Shown: piece after piece, positions 37,010 to 46,704 of the stretch | How the letters are laid out: every line of letters starts with the position of its first letter | Position numbering within the stretch: the first letter of the stretch is position 1 | Source: Candidatus Poribacteria bacterium | GTDB lineage: Bacteria; Poribacteria; WGA-4E; PCPOR2b | Assembly: GCA_965208325.1 (NCBI GenBank) | Contig: OZ242326.1 | Span: 512,001-576,000 of the forward strand | Length of the DNA stretch: 64,000 nt | Reading direction: 5' to 3' | Program-made: the position numbers and the translations under genes | The notes under the pieces: generated by a model | The model's database searches: none | Seen by the model: the letters and a program-made list of their open reading frames with translations, nothing else | What the model was told of the DNA's origin: nothing

Positions 37010-37789
37010 ATGAAACCTAGGGTTCTCGTCCTACGGACGGCGGGCACAAACTGCGATTATGAAACAGTCTACGCTTTTCAGCTAGCGGGCGCTAAAACAG
37101 ACTTGATTCACATAAACAGTCTTATAGCCGGCCAAACAAAGGTTATGAACTACCATGTTTTGGCAATCCCGGGCGGATTTTCTTATGGAGACGACATCGC
37201 GGCAGGAATTTTGTTCGCAAACCAAATCAAATACAAACTAGCAGATCAGCTAGTAGAATTCGTCGAGTCGGGCCGGTTAATTCTCGGCATCTGCAACGGG
37301 TTTCAGGTGCTTGTAAAAGCGGGATTGTTGCCTCGTCTTGACCGAGGAATCCTGCAACAAGCAACGCTAGCGATGAATGGCTCTGCGAAATTTGAGTGCC
37401 GTTGGGTACATTTGGAAGTAAAGAAGAGTCCATGCGTCTTTACGCAAGGATTAACTCCCCAAATATATCTCCCGGTAGCGCACGCAGAAGGACGTTTCAC
37501 CGCGCCGAACCCTATACTCGATCAAATTGAATCAAATCGGCAGATTGTCTTTCTTTACATTTCGCCGAACGGATACGCGCCGAAATATCCCGATAATCCA
37601 AATGGTTCCGATCGTCATATCGCCGGCATTTGCGACTCAACGGGCAGAATCTTAGGTATTATGCCTCATCCCGAACGCTTTCTCACGCGGTTCAATCATC
37701 CGCGTTGGACGCGAGAGAGATTACCTAAGGGAGGAGACGGATTGTCAATCTTTCGGAACGCCGTGGATTATGCGCAGTCTAACTTGTGA
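37010..37789 (+). CDS. purQ: Phosphoribosylformylglycinamidine synthase I (glutaminase subunit)
   Basis: GTNCD, PGGFSYGD, GICNGFQ, AHAEG, NPNGS, MPHPER. Confidence 0.96.
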   Translation: MKPRVLVLRTAGTNCDYETVYAFQLAGAKTDLIHINSLIAGQTKVMNYHVLAIPGGFSYGDDIAAGILFANQIKYKLADQLVEFVESGRLILGICNGFQVLVKAGLLPRLDRGILQQATLAMNGSAKFECRWVHLEVKKSPCVFTQGLTPQIYLPVAHAEGRFTAPNPILDQIESNRQIVFLYISPNGYAPKYPDNPNGSDRHIAGICDSTGRILGIMPHPERFLTRFNHPRWTRERLPKGGDGLSIFRNAVDYAQSNL

Positions 37790-37894
37790 ACATAGGTATA
37801 GCGGATGATATTCTTTTTCGCATCGAGTTTGCTCTTGGATATACAATGAAACAGTTGCAATTTTTTATTTGGAATAATTAAGCGAGTAAAACGA

Positions 37895-38971
37895 ATGACT
37901 ATTCGTCAATTCCTAAGGCCGGATCTCTCAGATTTAAATCCCTATCATGTAGAACAACCGCCCCACCGATTCAAGCTCGATGCAAATGAGTCCCCCTTTG
38001 ACCTACCTACAGAACTTCGTGAAGATATAGCAAACGAGATGAAAAATATCCAATTTCAACGCTACCCGGATCCAAGTTCAGATGCATTGAGAACAGAACT
38101 TTCAGAATATTTGGGTGTCGATAAAGGTCAAATCGTTGTAGGCAATGGTTCCGACGAACTAATCGGTTATTTGGTACTTGCATTTGGGCGCACAGATGCT
38201 TGTGTCTCCTTCCCAACCCCAACGTTTGCAATGTATCACATTTTGGCTCGAATTGCGGGGTTAAAAGCAGTTGGATTTCCGCTTGACGACCAATTTAATC
38301 TGAATGAAGACTCGTGGCAATCACATTTGGATGCCAACAGGTTGAATTTAGCGTTTATCTCAAACCCGAACAATCCTACGAGCAACACTTTTTCCGCTGA
38401 AGTTATCCGCAAGACGCTCTCTCGGTCAGACGCACTTGTTGTGCTTGATGAGGCTTATTGTGAGTTTTCAGGGAAGACCTTTTTCGGCGAATTAAATCGG
38501 TACCCAAATTTAGTTATTGCTCGCACTTTTTCAAAGGCCTACGGACTTGCTGGGTTGCGAATCGGTTACTTGATTGCTCACCCGGAGATTATCAATGAAA
38601 TCAACAAAGTCCGGCTGCCTTACAACCTAAACCGGTTTTCGCAACTGGCTGCGTTGCTTCTATTGAAACAGCACGTACGGCAAGCGCAGAAATCAGAATT
38701 TTCATTGCGGATTCAGGCGATTCTTAAGGAACGCGAGCGCGTTTATGCCGCCTTACAAGCATTGGATGGCGTTTACCCGTTCCCGACAGATGCAAACTTC
38801 ATTCTCTTTCGGACAGAATCGCATGCCGATAAATGGTTCCAGCATATCTTGGATTGTGGAATTCTCGTTCGCAATCTCAGTCGTCCGGGGCCGCTGTTAA
38901 ACTGTTTACGCGTTACGATCGGCACACCCGCGGCGAACTCCAAGTTTCTGGAGGCGATGGCTTCGTATTGA
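37895..38971 (+). CDS. hisC: Histidinol-phosphate aminotransferase
   Basis: KLDANESP, RYPD, GNGSDE, PNNPT, DEAY, RTFSKAYGLAGLRIG. Confidence 0.93.
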   Translation: MTIRQFLRPDLSDLNPYHVEQPPHRFKLDANESPFDLPTELREDIANEMKNIQFQRYPDPSSDALRTELSEYLGVDKGQIVVGNGSDELIGYLVLAFGRTDACVSFPTPTFAMYHILARIAGLKAVGFPLDDQFNLNEDSWQSHLDANRLNLAFISNPNNPTSNTFSAEVIRKTLSRSDALVVLDEAYCEFSGKTFFGELNRYPNLVIARTFSKAYGLAGLRIGYLIAHPEIINEINKVRLPYNLNRFSQLAALLLLKQHVRQAQKSEFSLRIQAILKERERVYAALQALDGVYPFPTDANFILFRTESHADKWFQHILDCGILVRNLSRPGPLLNCLRVTIGTPAANSKFLEAMASY

Positions 38972-38984
38972 AAGGCGATTTTTT

Positions 38985-39455
38985 GTGAAAATTAACCTCA
39001 GAAATGCCACGCCGCATTCCATTGATAAGATTCACCGGAGACTGTTGCCTTTCTATATGCGACCAACCGTCTTAGTTGCATTTGTGTTAATTTCCTTGGT
39101 CGGACAGTTTCTGTGGATTATTGGCATCACCATTATCGGCGAAGTCCATTTGTGGGGGTGCAGTTTCGCGTTCGCACTTGGAATTATCCTCGGTTACGTT
39201 CACGGGAAATGGACGGGACGGATGTGGGCTCGCTATTATTTGCGCGTTATAAATCGAGAGATTACGTTTTGGCAGGCGAAAGGTGGAAAGGGAACTTCTA
39301 TATTTGTGCTGCTTGCACTTGGCATTCCAATTTTATGTGCGGCATTTACACGGCTGTCGTTCGACGCATTGGCTGCGGTACAATCATACATTTTCGGTTT
39401 TATCGGCGGGACGAATTTCGCGATTTGTTCGTGGGTTCGAACCTTGCCGAAATAG
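38985..39455 (+). CDS. Hypothetical membrane protein (~4 TM)
   Basis: Starts 13 bp after hisC on the same strand; hydrophobic segments. Confidence 0.6.
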   Translation: MKINLRNATPHSIDKIHRRLLPFYMRPTVLVAFVLISLVGQFLWIIGITIIGEVHLWGCSFAFALGIILGYVHGKWTGRMWARYYLRVINREITFWQAKGGKGTSIFVLLALGIPILCAAFTRLSFDALAAVQSYIFGFIGGTNFAICSWVRTLPK

Positions 39456-39507
39456 GATTGATGAATTAAGTGATTTCTTGCCGGGTTTGTTGTTCGGCCT
39501 CAAGAAA

Positions 39508-39660
39508 TAGGAGTTGCGCAGTTGAAGGATAGTGTGTCCTGATTCGCTGCTCCATCAAGAATGCGGGAAAGATGCCCCGCCTACAAAGGACGCAGCGTCT
39601 GACAATGCCCTTCGACGCCTTATGAATCGCCAATCTTCAATCTGAAGTGTGTAAGTCCTA
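39508..39660. mobile_element. MITE-like element with TA-terminated imperfect IRs and internal GTAG-REP hairpin
   Basis: Left end TAGGAGTTGCGCAGTTGA vs reverse complement of right end TAGGACTTACACACTTCA (13/18); related end at 18314-18333. Confidence 0.5.
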
Positions 39661-39666
39661 AATGTA

Positions 39667-41223
39667 TTAGGAGTCTGACAGTCGGCGGCATTGCCTTTCC
39701 GCTATCCATAACGTCACGAATGAGATTAGCGTCGAAATTAAAACCAAGCGATACGCGCTTGCCTCCCAACCGATTGTAAAATAGTTGAATATTGCCAAGG
39801 ACAAGGTCTGCGTTTTTCCAGGAATGTTACCCGCTACCATCATTGTCGCACCGAACTCGCCGAGACTCTTAGAAAAAGCGAGAATTCCGCCACCCACAAT
39901 TCCGCGATACGATAAAGGTAGAGTCACGGTGAAAAATACTTTCAATGGGTGCGCGCCGAGAGTGCGCGCGGCGCTTTCTAACTTCGGACTCACACCTTCC
40001 ATAGCAGTCACAGCACTTCGGACAAATAGTGGAAATGAAATCACAGAAATCGCTAATACAACCGCGGCCCACGAGAAGATAACCTCTCTGCCTAAAAGTC
40101 GGTATAAAATGCTTCCAAGCGGTCCTGCTCTGCTAAATAGCATCAATAGAAAATACCCGCTAACTACCGGCGGCAGCACTAGAGGCACCATCACTATTGT
40201 ATTGAGGAACGATTTTCCCCGAAATGAGTTCTTCGCGAACGCCCAACTGACGAAGAGTCCGGGTGGGAAAATGAAAACGAGACTTAAAATAGCTACTTTG
40301 ACCGATAGAATCAGGGCGTCAACTTCAGCACTTTTAATAGTCCATAGCCGGTCGGAAGTGCCTCGCTCCACATCTTTTACCACGCCATCCGATACACGCT
40401 GGACGGACTGCGCCATTGAAAATCCATTGCTTTCAAAGATTCCAGTGGCTTCTGATGAATTTAAGTACGCGAGGAATACCTGCGCGAGTGCTTTACGGTC
40501 GGTTGTTTTCATGACTGCTGCGGGATATACTATCGGACTGTGGCTCGAACTGGGAAATTGATAAATCGCCTTGACCGATTTGCTGATTGCCGCATCGGTC
40601 TTATAGACTATCCCCACATCTACTTCACCTGATTCTACATACGCCAATGTTGACCGAACATCTGTGCCAAGAATAAATTTGCTTTGAACATCTTCCCAAA
40701 TCCCTAAACGCAGCAAAGCTTCTCTGCCATAAATGCCCGCAGGCACCGAATGTGGTTCGGCTATAGCAATACGTTCAATTGGCGGTGTAACAAGCATCCG
40801 TGGATCGGAGGCGGAAGGTATACCGTTCAAAGGGGCAATCAATACTAGACTATTGGTCAAAAGATTTCGGCGAGTATCCTCATGAACGCGCTTTTGTGCT
40901 TCAAGGGAATCCATTTGCATAGGGCTGGCGCAAATAAATATATCGGTGTATGCGCCTTTTTCAATCTGCTGCTGCAAGGTCGAAGAACCCGTGAAATTGC
41001 AATGTATTTGAATTCCGGTCTCCAATCGAAAGCGCTTACTGATTTCAGATAGTGCATCCGTCAAGCTAATTGCTGCAAAGACAACTAACTCTCCTTGCCG
41101 AGTTGGCTTTTCTGCCTCACCACTATCGTGTTCGGATTCAAAATGCCTATCGTCTCTGCAACCGGGCAGGAAAAGCAAAAAAAGATTGAGAATTATGAAG
41201 ACTTCAAAGAGGCGCAAATTCAT
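39667..41223 (-). CDS. modAB: Fused molybdate ABC transporter substrate-binding protein (ModA) and permease (ModB)
   Basis: Lipobox LPGC; ModA motifs AAISL, GSSTL..QIE.GA, VPAGIYG, GIVYKTDA, PIVYP; then in frame ModB motifs PLVLPPVVSG, AARTLGA, LGEFGAT...GNIPGKT. Confidence 0.92.
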   Translation of the reverse strand: MNLRLFEVFIILNLFLLFLPGCRDDRHFESEHDSGEAEKPTRQGELVVFAAISLTDALSEISKRFRLETGIQIHCNFTGSSTLQQQIEKGAYTDIFICASPMQMDSLEAQKRVHEDTRRNLLTNSLVLIAPLNGIPSASDPRMLVTPPIERIAIAEPHSVPAGIYGREALLRLGIWEDVQSKFILGTDVRSTLAYVESGEVDVGIVYKTDAAISKSVKAIYQFPSSSHSPIVYPAAVMKTTDRKALAQVFLAYLNSSEATGIFESNGFSMAQSVQRVSDGVVKDVERGTSDRLWTIKSAEVDALILSVKVAILSLVFIFPPGLFVSWAFAKNSFRGKSFLNTIVMVPLVLPPVVSGYFLLMLFSRAGPLGSILYRLLGREVIFSWAAVVLAISVISFPLFVRSAVTAMEGVSPKLESAARTLGAHPLKVFFTVTLPLSYRGIVGGGILAFSKSLGEFGATMMVAGNIPGKTQTLSLAIFNYFTIGWEASAYRLVLISTLISFVTLWIAERQCRRLSDS

Positions 41224-41297
41224 AGCGTTTTGGCCGCTTTCAGCATACTCGTGGTAACCACATATTTAGCGTTTTCTGCCTAAAAGCCGACACATCT

Positions 41298-41329
41298 CAG
41301 AGCATACACCATAAATGTTGCTCTGTCAA
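41298..41329 (-). promoter_or_regulatory. sigma70 promoter for modAB overlapped by CAGAGCA-N14-TGCTCTG inverted repeat
   Basis: TTGACA-N17-TATGCT; IR arms 41298-41304 and 41319-41325. Confidence 0.65.
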
Positions 41330-41435
41330 TTTAGAAAACTTCTTGATTGCATGCGTGGCGAACGGGTTTTCAACTGTAACATGATTTGCACATGACTATT
41401 TAACGTTGGGCAAGGGAGTGTTGATTCTATTTTGC

Positions 41436-41464
41436 TTGCAACCGAACTCGTGCTCTGCTAAACT
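41436..41464 (+). promoter_or_regulatory. Candidate sigma70 promoter for the caspase-like/PEGA gene
   Basis: TTGCAA-N17-TAAACT with extended -10 TG. Confidence 0.5.
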
Positions 41465-41541
41465 TGCTTTATCCGGTGATTAATGTAATTAGAAAGTGTG
41501 AAAATCACCGATTTAATCGGAAGTAATATAAGGTAGATTTT

Positions 41542-43215
41542 ATGAAACAGATTATATTATCAACAGCATTCATCCTTGAGTGCATGATTTTTGACGCCTC
41601 GCCATTGCGAGCGCAACCTTTTGACACGTCGGCGTGGTGGCTGGTGGTGAGTCCCACTACCGACGACCGTACTCAAGATTACCTTGATGCACTCGTTGAC
41701 TTGGTGAAGGAAAGGGGTAAAGTGCCGGCCGGACAAATTTCCCGACTCGAAGGAGAAAAGTGTACGCGCGAAGGCGTGCGGGCAGCCATTGCAAAAAAGG
41801 CCAGCCTAATGCAAAAAGGAGACCGACTACTATTTTTATATCGGGGTTTTGTTACCAAACCGCGACGATTAAATGCCATCTACTTTTTGACACATGGAGC
41901 GGCATCCGATAGTTACAAAAATGGATTTGAGATTCGGCAATTGAATGCTTGGGTAGGCAAATCGCCAAACGCCTCTATGTTAGCCATTATCGACGGTTTA
42001 ACCAACGACCGTAACTTAATGGCTTTTTACGCCAACCGCGAGGCGCCCGGAGATGCAGCTTACGTGTCGATTCAGCCGGCAGCGGAAAACGCCGGTCACG
42101 AATTTACGAAACATTTACTGGAAGCCTTTCAAAAAGACACAGCCGATTTGGATGAGAATCGGCGAATCTCAATTGGAGAACTACACGAATACATCACATC
42201 CAACGCGCCGCCTCAGCCAGGAATCTTGGCGCCGACCGGGAACATTGAGGCAACCATCCTGAAATTGAGACCCATGCTCAGCATTGTAACAATTCCTGAC
42301 GGCGCATCAATCTTTCTCAACGGAATACAATCTGCGCTAACGCCGTATCACCTTATTGACAACCTCAATAGTGGAATCTATGAAGCGGAAGTACGGAAAG
42401 CGGGGTATTTAATCCCCCCTTCTCAATCTACAGAGATTGATTTGGTTCAAGGTCAAGCAACTCGTTTGTCTTGGGATTTAGAATCTATCGCCGTTTTTGG
42501 CGATGTCAAGGCATCAGATGGCACAGCCCTTGTGGAAACTAGAGTGTGGATTGACGAGACTGAATACGAGCGAAGTAAGCAAATCATCGGAGAGAATCAA
42601 CACTATCGGCTTTTTGCAAACGTCGCCAACGAGTCTCGTGATAAGAGGGTTGACACTCAAGTTCTGGAACCGAACCGGACATATTCCTTGCATGCCGAGA
42701 GTGGTAGTTTTTACCACGTAGACACGACCTTCACGCTACCTAAGTATGAATCCATTCGGCAAGATTTAACTTTAGAAAAAATGTCTTGGTTTGAAGTTGC
42801 CCAGATGCGCTTTAATCGTGAGGAGTATGAGGAGTCCATCGCTGCGTTTCAAAACGGAATTGAGGATACAACTGACTTCCCAGCAATTACCCCGGCGTTC
42901 ACTCAAATGCTTTTTGATTCGTTCTCGTTGGCGATTGACAGACAAACTGATGAAATTAACTCCGCACACGTTGTTGCGGCGGCAAAGTTGGCGGATCGAC
43001 TCAGCCTCCACGAACATTCCAAGATTTACTGGACGCGGGTAAAGTCAATCGCCGCGAAAGGAAGCCAAGATTACATTCTTGCAACGGAGCGATTAAGAAT
43101 ACTGAATATGTCACGGTATTTGATTAACATCAGCATTGTATTTGCGTTGCTCGTTGTTTTGATATCCGGGGTTTTTACGCTGCATAGGCATCGCCGAAAA
43201 GCACGCAGTGGATAA
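41542..43215 (+). CDS. Exported membrane-anchored protein: degenerate caspase (C14)-like domain, PEGA domain, C-terminal TM
   Basis: Signal peptide; CTREGVRAAI..GDRLLFLYRG, FTKHLLEAF..ADLDENRRISIGELHEYI (C14-like); TIPDGASIFLNG..TP..G.YEAEVRKAGY (PEGA); TM plus basic tail. Confidence 0.65.
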   Translation: MKQIILSTAFILECMIFDASPLRAQPFDTSAWWLVVSPTTDDRTQDYLDALVDLVKERGKVPAGQISRLEGEKCTREGVRAAIAKKASLMQKGDRLLFLYRGFVTKPRRLNAIYFLTHGAASDSYKNGFEIRQLNAWVGKSPNASMLAIIDGLTNDRNLMAFYANREAPGDAAYVSIQPAAENAGHEFTKHLLEAFQKDTADLDENRRISIGELHEYITSNAPPQPGILAPTGNIEATILKLRPMLSIVTIPDGASIFLNGIQSALTPYHLIDNLNSGIYEAEVRKAGYLIPPSQSTEIDLVQGQATRLSWDLESIAVFGDVKASDGTALVETRVWIDETEYERSKQIIGENQHYRLFANVANESRDKRVDTQVLEPNRTYSLHAESGSFYHVDTTFTLPKYESIRQDLTLEKMSWFEVAQMRFNREEYEESIAAFQNGIEDTTDFPAITPAFTQMLFDSFSLAIDRQTDEINSAHVVAAAKLADRLSLHEHSKIYWTRVKSIAAKGSQDYILATERLRILNMSRYLINISIVFALLVVLISGVFTLHRHRRKARSG

Positions 43216-43316
43216 TATCGTTTATGTTGATTTTATCTTCCTACACCCTGTTTCCAATGGTCAGGCCATGCCCTCAGCCCTTTACGGCAGTACGTCGCAG
43301 GGGTACCAAAAAATGC

Positions 43317-43345
43317 TTGAAAACAGTATGAGGCAATGATATAAT
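43317..43345 (+). promoter_or_regulatory. sigma70 promoter for the TPR/beta-barrel pair
   Basis: TTGAAA-N17-TATAAT with extended -10 TG. Confidence 0.7.
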
Positions 43346-43393
43346 AGCCTCTGGTTTTAGACTGCGGGCTTATGTTGGGAGGGCGGAAGAATT

Positions 43394-46300
43394 GTGTGTT
43401 GGTTTAGTAAAATCCTCACGATTGCCTATATCTTCACGTGGATAGTGCTCTCGGCGATTGCGGGAGAACGCGAGGAATATTCTTTCGCTTACAGTTTCTT
43501 TGAAAAACAGGCCTATGGCATTGCTAAAGATCGGTTCAAATCCTTCCTTCAGGAATATCCAAAAAGTGAAAACGCGGACCATGCTCGCTTTCTAATGGCT
43601 GAATGCGCGCTGCGGCTCAATGGATATGACGAAGCGATCCAATATTATAAACAGCTTCAGATTGACTATCCGGATAGTCCACTGCGTCTAGAGGCAGCAT
43701 TTGGCGTAGCTACCGCTTGGTTTCGGCAAGGCAAATTTGAAGAAGCCATTAAAGCCTTCGAAAAAGTTATCGAACAATCACCTGATGAACAACAGATTTC
43801 CCTTAGTCTCTATCTCATTGGAGAGGCATACGACAATTTAGGTCTCTACCAGGAAGCGGGTGAATTTTATAACCGGGTTCTCACAAAATATCCTCAGTCG
43901 GCAAAAGCCAAAGATGCCCTTTATTCAATGGGCTGGAGTCTTTACCGCCTCAAGAAATATCAAGCAGCCTATGACGTGTTTACCCGTTTCATTAATAATT
44001 ATTCTGACCACTACGCTGTTGTAGAGGCCTCGTACCGTGCTGCGGAATCGCTTTTCAATTTAAGACTTTGGGCAGATGCGCAAACCGCATACCAGGATTT
44101 TCTCACCACCTACGGTAAAGATGACAAAAACAGGCAATTTACGATAATCGCTCGATTCAAGTTGGGCGAGTGCTATTTTCAACAACGGTTGATGGACGAA
44201 GCCAAGGAGACGTTTCAACTTCTTTTACAAGAGCATGGAACATCGCCCATTGCCGTAGAGGCGCAATATTGGATCGCAGAAATACTGTTGGAGCGGGAAA
44301 AGTACCCTGAAGCAATTTATGAATATGGGAAAATAATCAATTTTCATCCGAAGAGCCATGTCGTTGACGACGCCCAGTTTGGAATTGCGATAGCACATTT
44401 TCGGCAAGGGGACTATGTGCAAGCGCGGATGCAGTTCAAGGTTGTCGCAGATAATCTGCGATCCGATCTCGCGGATTCCGCACGCTTTCGAATCGGTGAG
44501 TGCTACCGGTTACAGCGTGAATTTAATTCAGCAATCCTCAACTATAAGAAAGTACGTCCCGGATCATCATACGCGCCGGATTCCCTTTATGCGTTAGGCA
44601 CAAGTGCGTTTGAACTGCGGGATTATTCACAAGCCGCCCTTACTTTCAATGAACTGCTTCAATCTTATGATGCTAGCCCGCTTAAACCGTACACGCTTTA
44701 CCACCTCGGCCTTACCTATTTTTACGAGGAGGAATACCAGAAAAGTGTAGTAGCTTTCGATCGATTTTTCGGTGAGGCACGCAGCGTTGAGTTTGAGACT
44801 GCCCCGCATGATGAAGCGCTTTTCTGGAAAGCACGAGCACAATATGAACTTGGGAACTATCCGGAAGCAATTCAAAACTTTGAGCGGGTGCTTCAAGAGT
44901 TTCCAAACTCGCGACAATCTGAAGCAGAACTTTATATCGCCGAAAGCATCTTTTGGCATCAGCAAACGCAAAGCGGTTTTCAATCCGCACGGAGAAAATA
45001 CCAGAACCTTTTAGATAAACACCCGGAGGAGCAATGGGCGGAGAAAAGTCGATATGGAATTGGATGGACCCATTTCTCTGAAGCAACCCTGTCAGAGGAC
45101 GAAGCGGTTGGTGCAAATCATTACCAATCAGCGATTAATGCATGGGAGGAAGTGGTTAAAAATCACCCGGTCGGTGAGTTCGCGGATCAAGCGCAATACC
45201 ATATCGGGGTTGCCCATGTAAACCTTAAACAATACAACGATGCAATTGACGCCTTCAATCAGCTAATTACGGGTTATCCCGGCAGCAACTGGCGTGATGA
45301 TGCCCGTTATCACATTGGGCAGTCGCTTTATAAACAAGAAAAATACGAAGAAGCTATCCTCGCCTTTGATGAGATGCTCAAAGAGCACTCAGGATCTCAA
45401 TTCGTTCCTAAAGCGATTTTTGGAATCGCTAATTCCTATTTTAAACAGGGGATATTTAAAAAAGCTGTCGAATATTACGAACGGGTCGTTAATGAATTTC
45501 CAAACCCCGTTCGTGAGCCAGGTACGGAGAAGATAGTCGATCTCCGTCCCGAAGCACAATACTACATCGCTGAGAGCCATCTGAGCCTTCGGGATAATGC
45601 CACGGCGATTGACGCATACGGTAACGTGATTCAGCATTTTCCAGCGAGCGAGTGGGCAGATGATGCACAATATGGTGTCGCGTTAGCATTCGAAAACCTA
45701 GGGCAGAAAGAAAAAGCTGTCCAAGCGTATAGGACGTTGATCAAGAGGTACGCAAGCGGCGACCTTGCTCCGGACGCTCAAATTAAGATTGCCGGCTATT
45801 ACTATCAAGAAAAAGATTATACCCGTGCCATCGCCGAGTATCAAGAAGCAATAAACCGGTATCCCAATACACAAGAAGCATGGTTGGCCCAATACAACAT
45901 TGGAAAATCATACATCGCACTAGCTTCTTACCGGCAGGCGATTAAGGCGTTTGAACGAGTCGATCCTAGAAGCGAAATTGCTGCTACGGCGGCGTACGAA
46001 ATTGGCTTCGTTTGGTATGACAAAAAGAATCCAGGGAGGAACCTTGGGACTGCCGCGAACGCGTTGAACAAGGTAGCTCAACAATTCCCGAATAACCCGG
46101 ACGCGCCGCGTGCTCTATCGCTAGCCGGTAAGTGTTATCAGGAGTTAGCGGAATGGGACAAGGCGATTGGCGTGTTTCGGCAAATCATAGATAGCTATCC
46201 ACATTCGGAGGACGCGTATCGGGCGCAACTTGAGTTGGGGCATACTTATCTCGCGCAGGAGAAATACCAAAACGCAATTTCAGCTTATGATGTTATCCGC

Positions 46301-46660
46301 AAGAAAGGGACAGACGAATACCCTATTGATATCGTCATTGACGCCGTGTTGAAACTAGCAGAATCTCAATTGAACGTTGGTAATCATGAGGATGGTGCAA
46401 TTACTTATCTTCGCATTCCTCTGCTGTACAAGCAATACGATCCACTAATCGCGCTAAACGCAACGGTTCGCGCTGCTAACGCCTTTTTGGTGGCCGGTAA
46501 GAGCTATATGGCAAAGGACACTTATGAAGATGCCATTAAATTCTATGAATCAAACGCTTCAAAGGTACAGGACTCCAAAATTAGGGACGATTGGGATAAG
46601 TTATACGACACTTCGAAGACAAAACTCCAGCAACTTATCCGCCATATTGAGCAAGAATGA
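43394..46660 (+). CDS. Giant periplasmic TPR protein (BamD/CpoB-type repeats), 1088 aa
   Basis: Signal peptide; roughly two dozen repeats of ..YP.S..A..A.Y.IG..Y.....Y..A...(F/Y). Confidence 0.9.
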   Translation: MCWFSKILTIAYIFTWIVLSAIAGEREEYSFAYSFFEKQAYGIAKDRFKSFLQEYPKSENADHARFLMAECALRLNGYDEAIQYYKQLQIDYPDSPLRLEAAFGVATAWFRQGKFEEAIKAFEKVIEQSPDEQQISLSLYLIGEAYDNLGLYQEAGEFYNRVLTKYPQSAKAKDALYSMGWSLYRLKKYQAAYDVFTRFINNYSDHYAVVEASYRAAESLFNLRLWADAQTAYQDFLTTYGKDDKNRQFTIIARFKLGECYFQQRLMDEAKETFQLLLQEHGTSPIAVEAQYWIAEILLEREKYPEAIYEYGKIINFHPKSHVVDDAQFGIAIAHFRQGDYVQARMQFKVVADNLRSDLADSARFRIGECYRLQREFNSAILNYKKVRPGSSYAPDSLYALGTSAFELRDYSQAALTFNELLQSYDASPLKPYTLYHLGLTYFYEEEYQKSVVAFDRFFGEARSVEFETAPHDEALFWKARAQYELGNYPEAIQNFERVLQEFPNSRQSEAELYIAESIFWHQQTQSGFQSARRKYQNLLDKHPEEQWAEKSRYGIGWTHFSEATLSEDEAVGANHYQSAINAWEEVVKNHPVGEFADQAQYHIGVAHVNLKQYNDAIDAFNQLITGYPGSNWRDDARYHIGQSLYKQEKYEEAILAFDEMLKEHSGSQFVPKAIFGIANSYFKQGIFKKAVEYYERVVNEFPNPVREPGTEKIVDLRPEAQYYIAESHLSLRDNATAIDAYGNVIQHFPASEWADDAQYGVALAFENLGQKEKAVQAYRTLIKRYASGDLAPDAQIKIAGYYYQEKDYTRAIAEYQEAINRYPNTQEAWLAQYNIGKSYIALASYRQAIKAFERVDPRSEIAATAAYEIGFVWYDKKNPGRNLGTAANALNKVAQQFPNNPDAPRALSLAGKCYQELAEWDKAIGVFRQIIDSYPHSEDAYRAQLELGHTYLAQEKYQNAISAYDVIRKKGTDEYPIDIVIDAVLKLAESQLNVGNHEDGAITYLRIPLLYKQYDPLIALNATVRAANAFLVAGKSYMAKDTYEDAIKFYESNASKVQDSKIRDDWDKLYDTSKTKLQQLIRHIEQE

Positions 46661-46704
46661 GTAAAATCCGCGATCCCAAGACGAAGTCGATATGAGACAA
46701 TTCT

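Noticed and set aside
37010..38971. purQ without purS/purL next to a lone hisC as a special pathway
   Set aside because: Dispersed biosynthetic genes are common, and both proteins have canonical motifs.
39785..40561. 258-aa plus-strand ORF and the many similar antisense ORFs (e.g. 6278-6994, 59510-60118)
   Set aside because: They lie opposite well-supported genes and show no family motifs.
41224..41340. Moco riboswitch or ModE box before modAB
   Set aside because: Leader is only ~70 nt and shows neither consensus.
43394..46660. DNA-level tandem repeat or CRISPR-like array
   Set aside because: Periodicity is only at the protein (TPR) level; no repeat-spacer array or cas gene was seen anywhere in the window.
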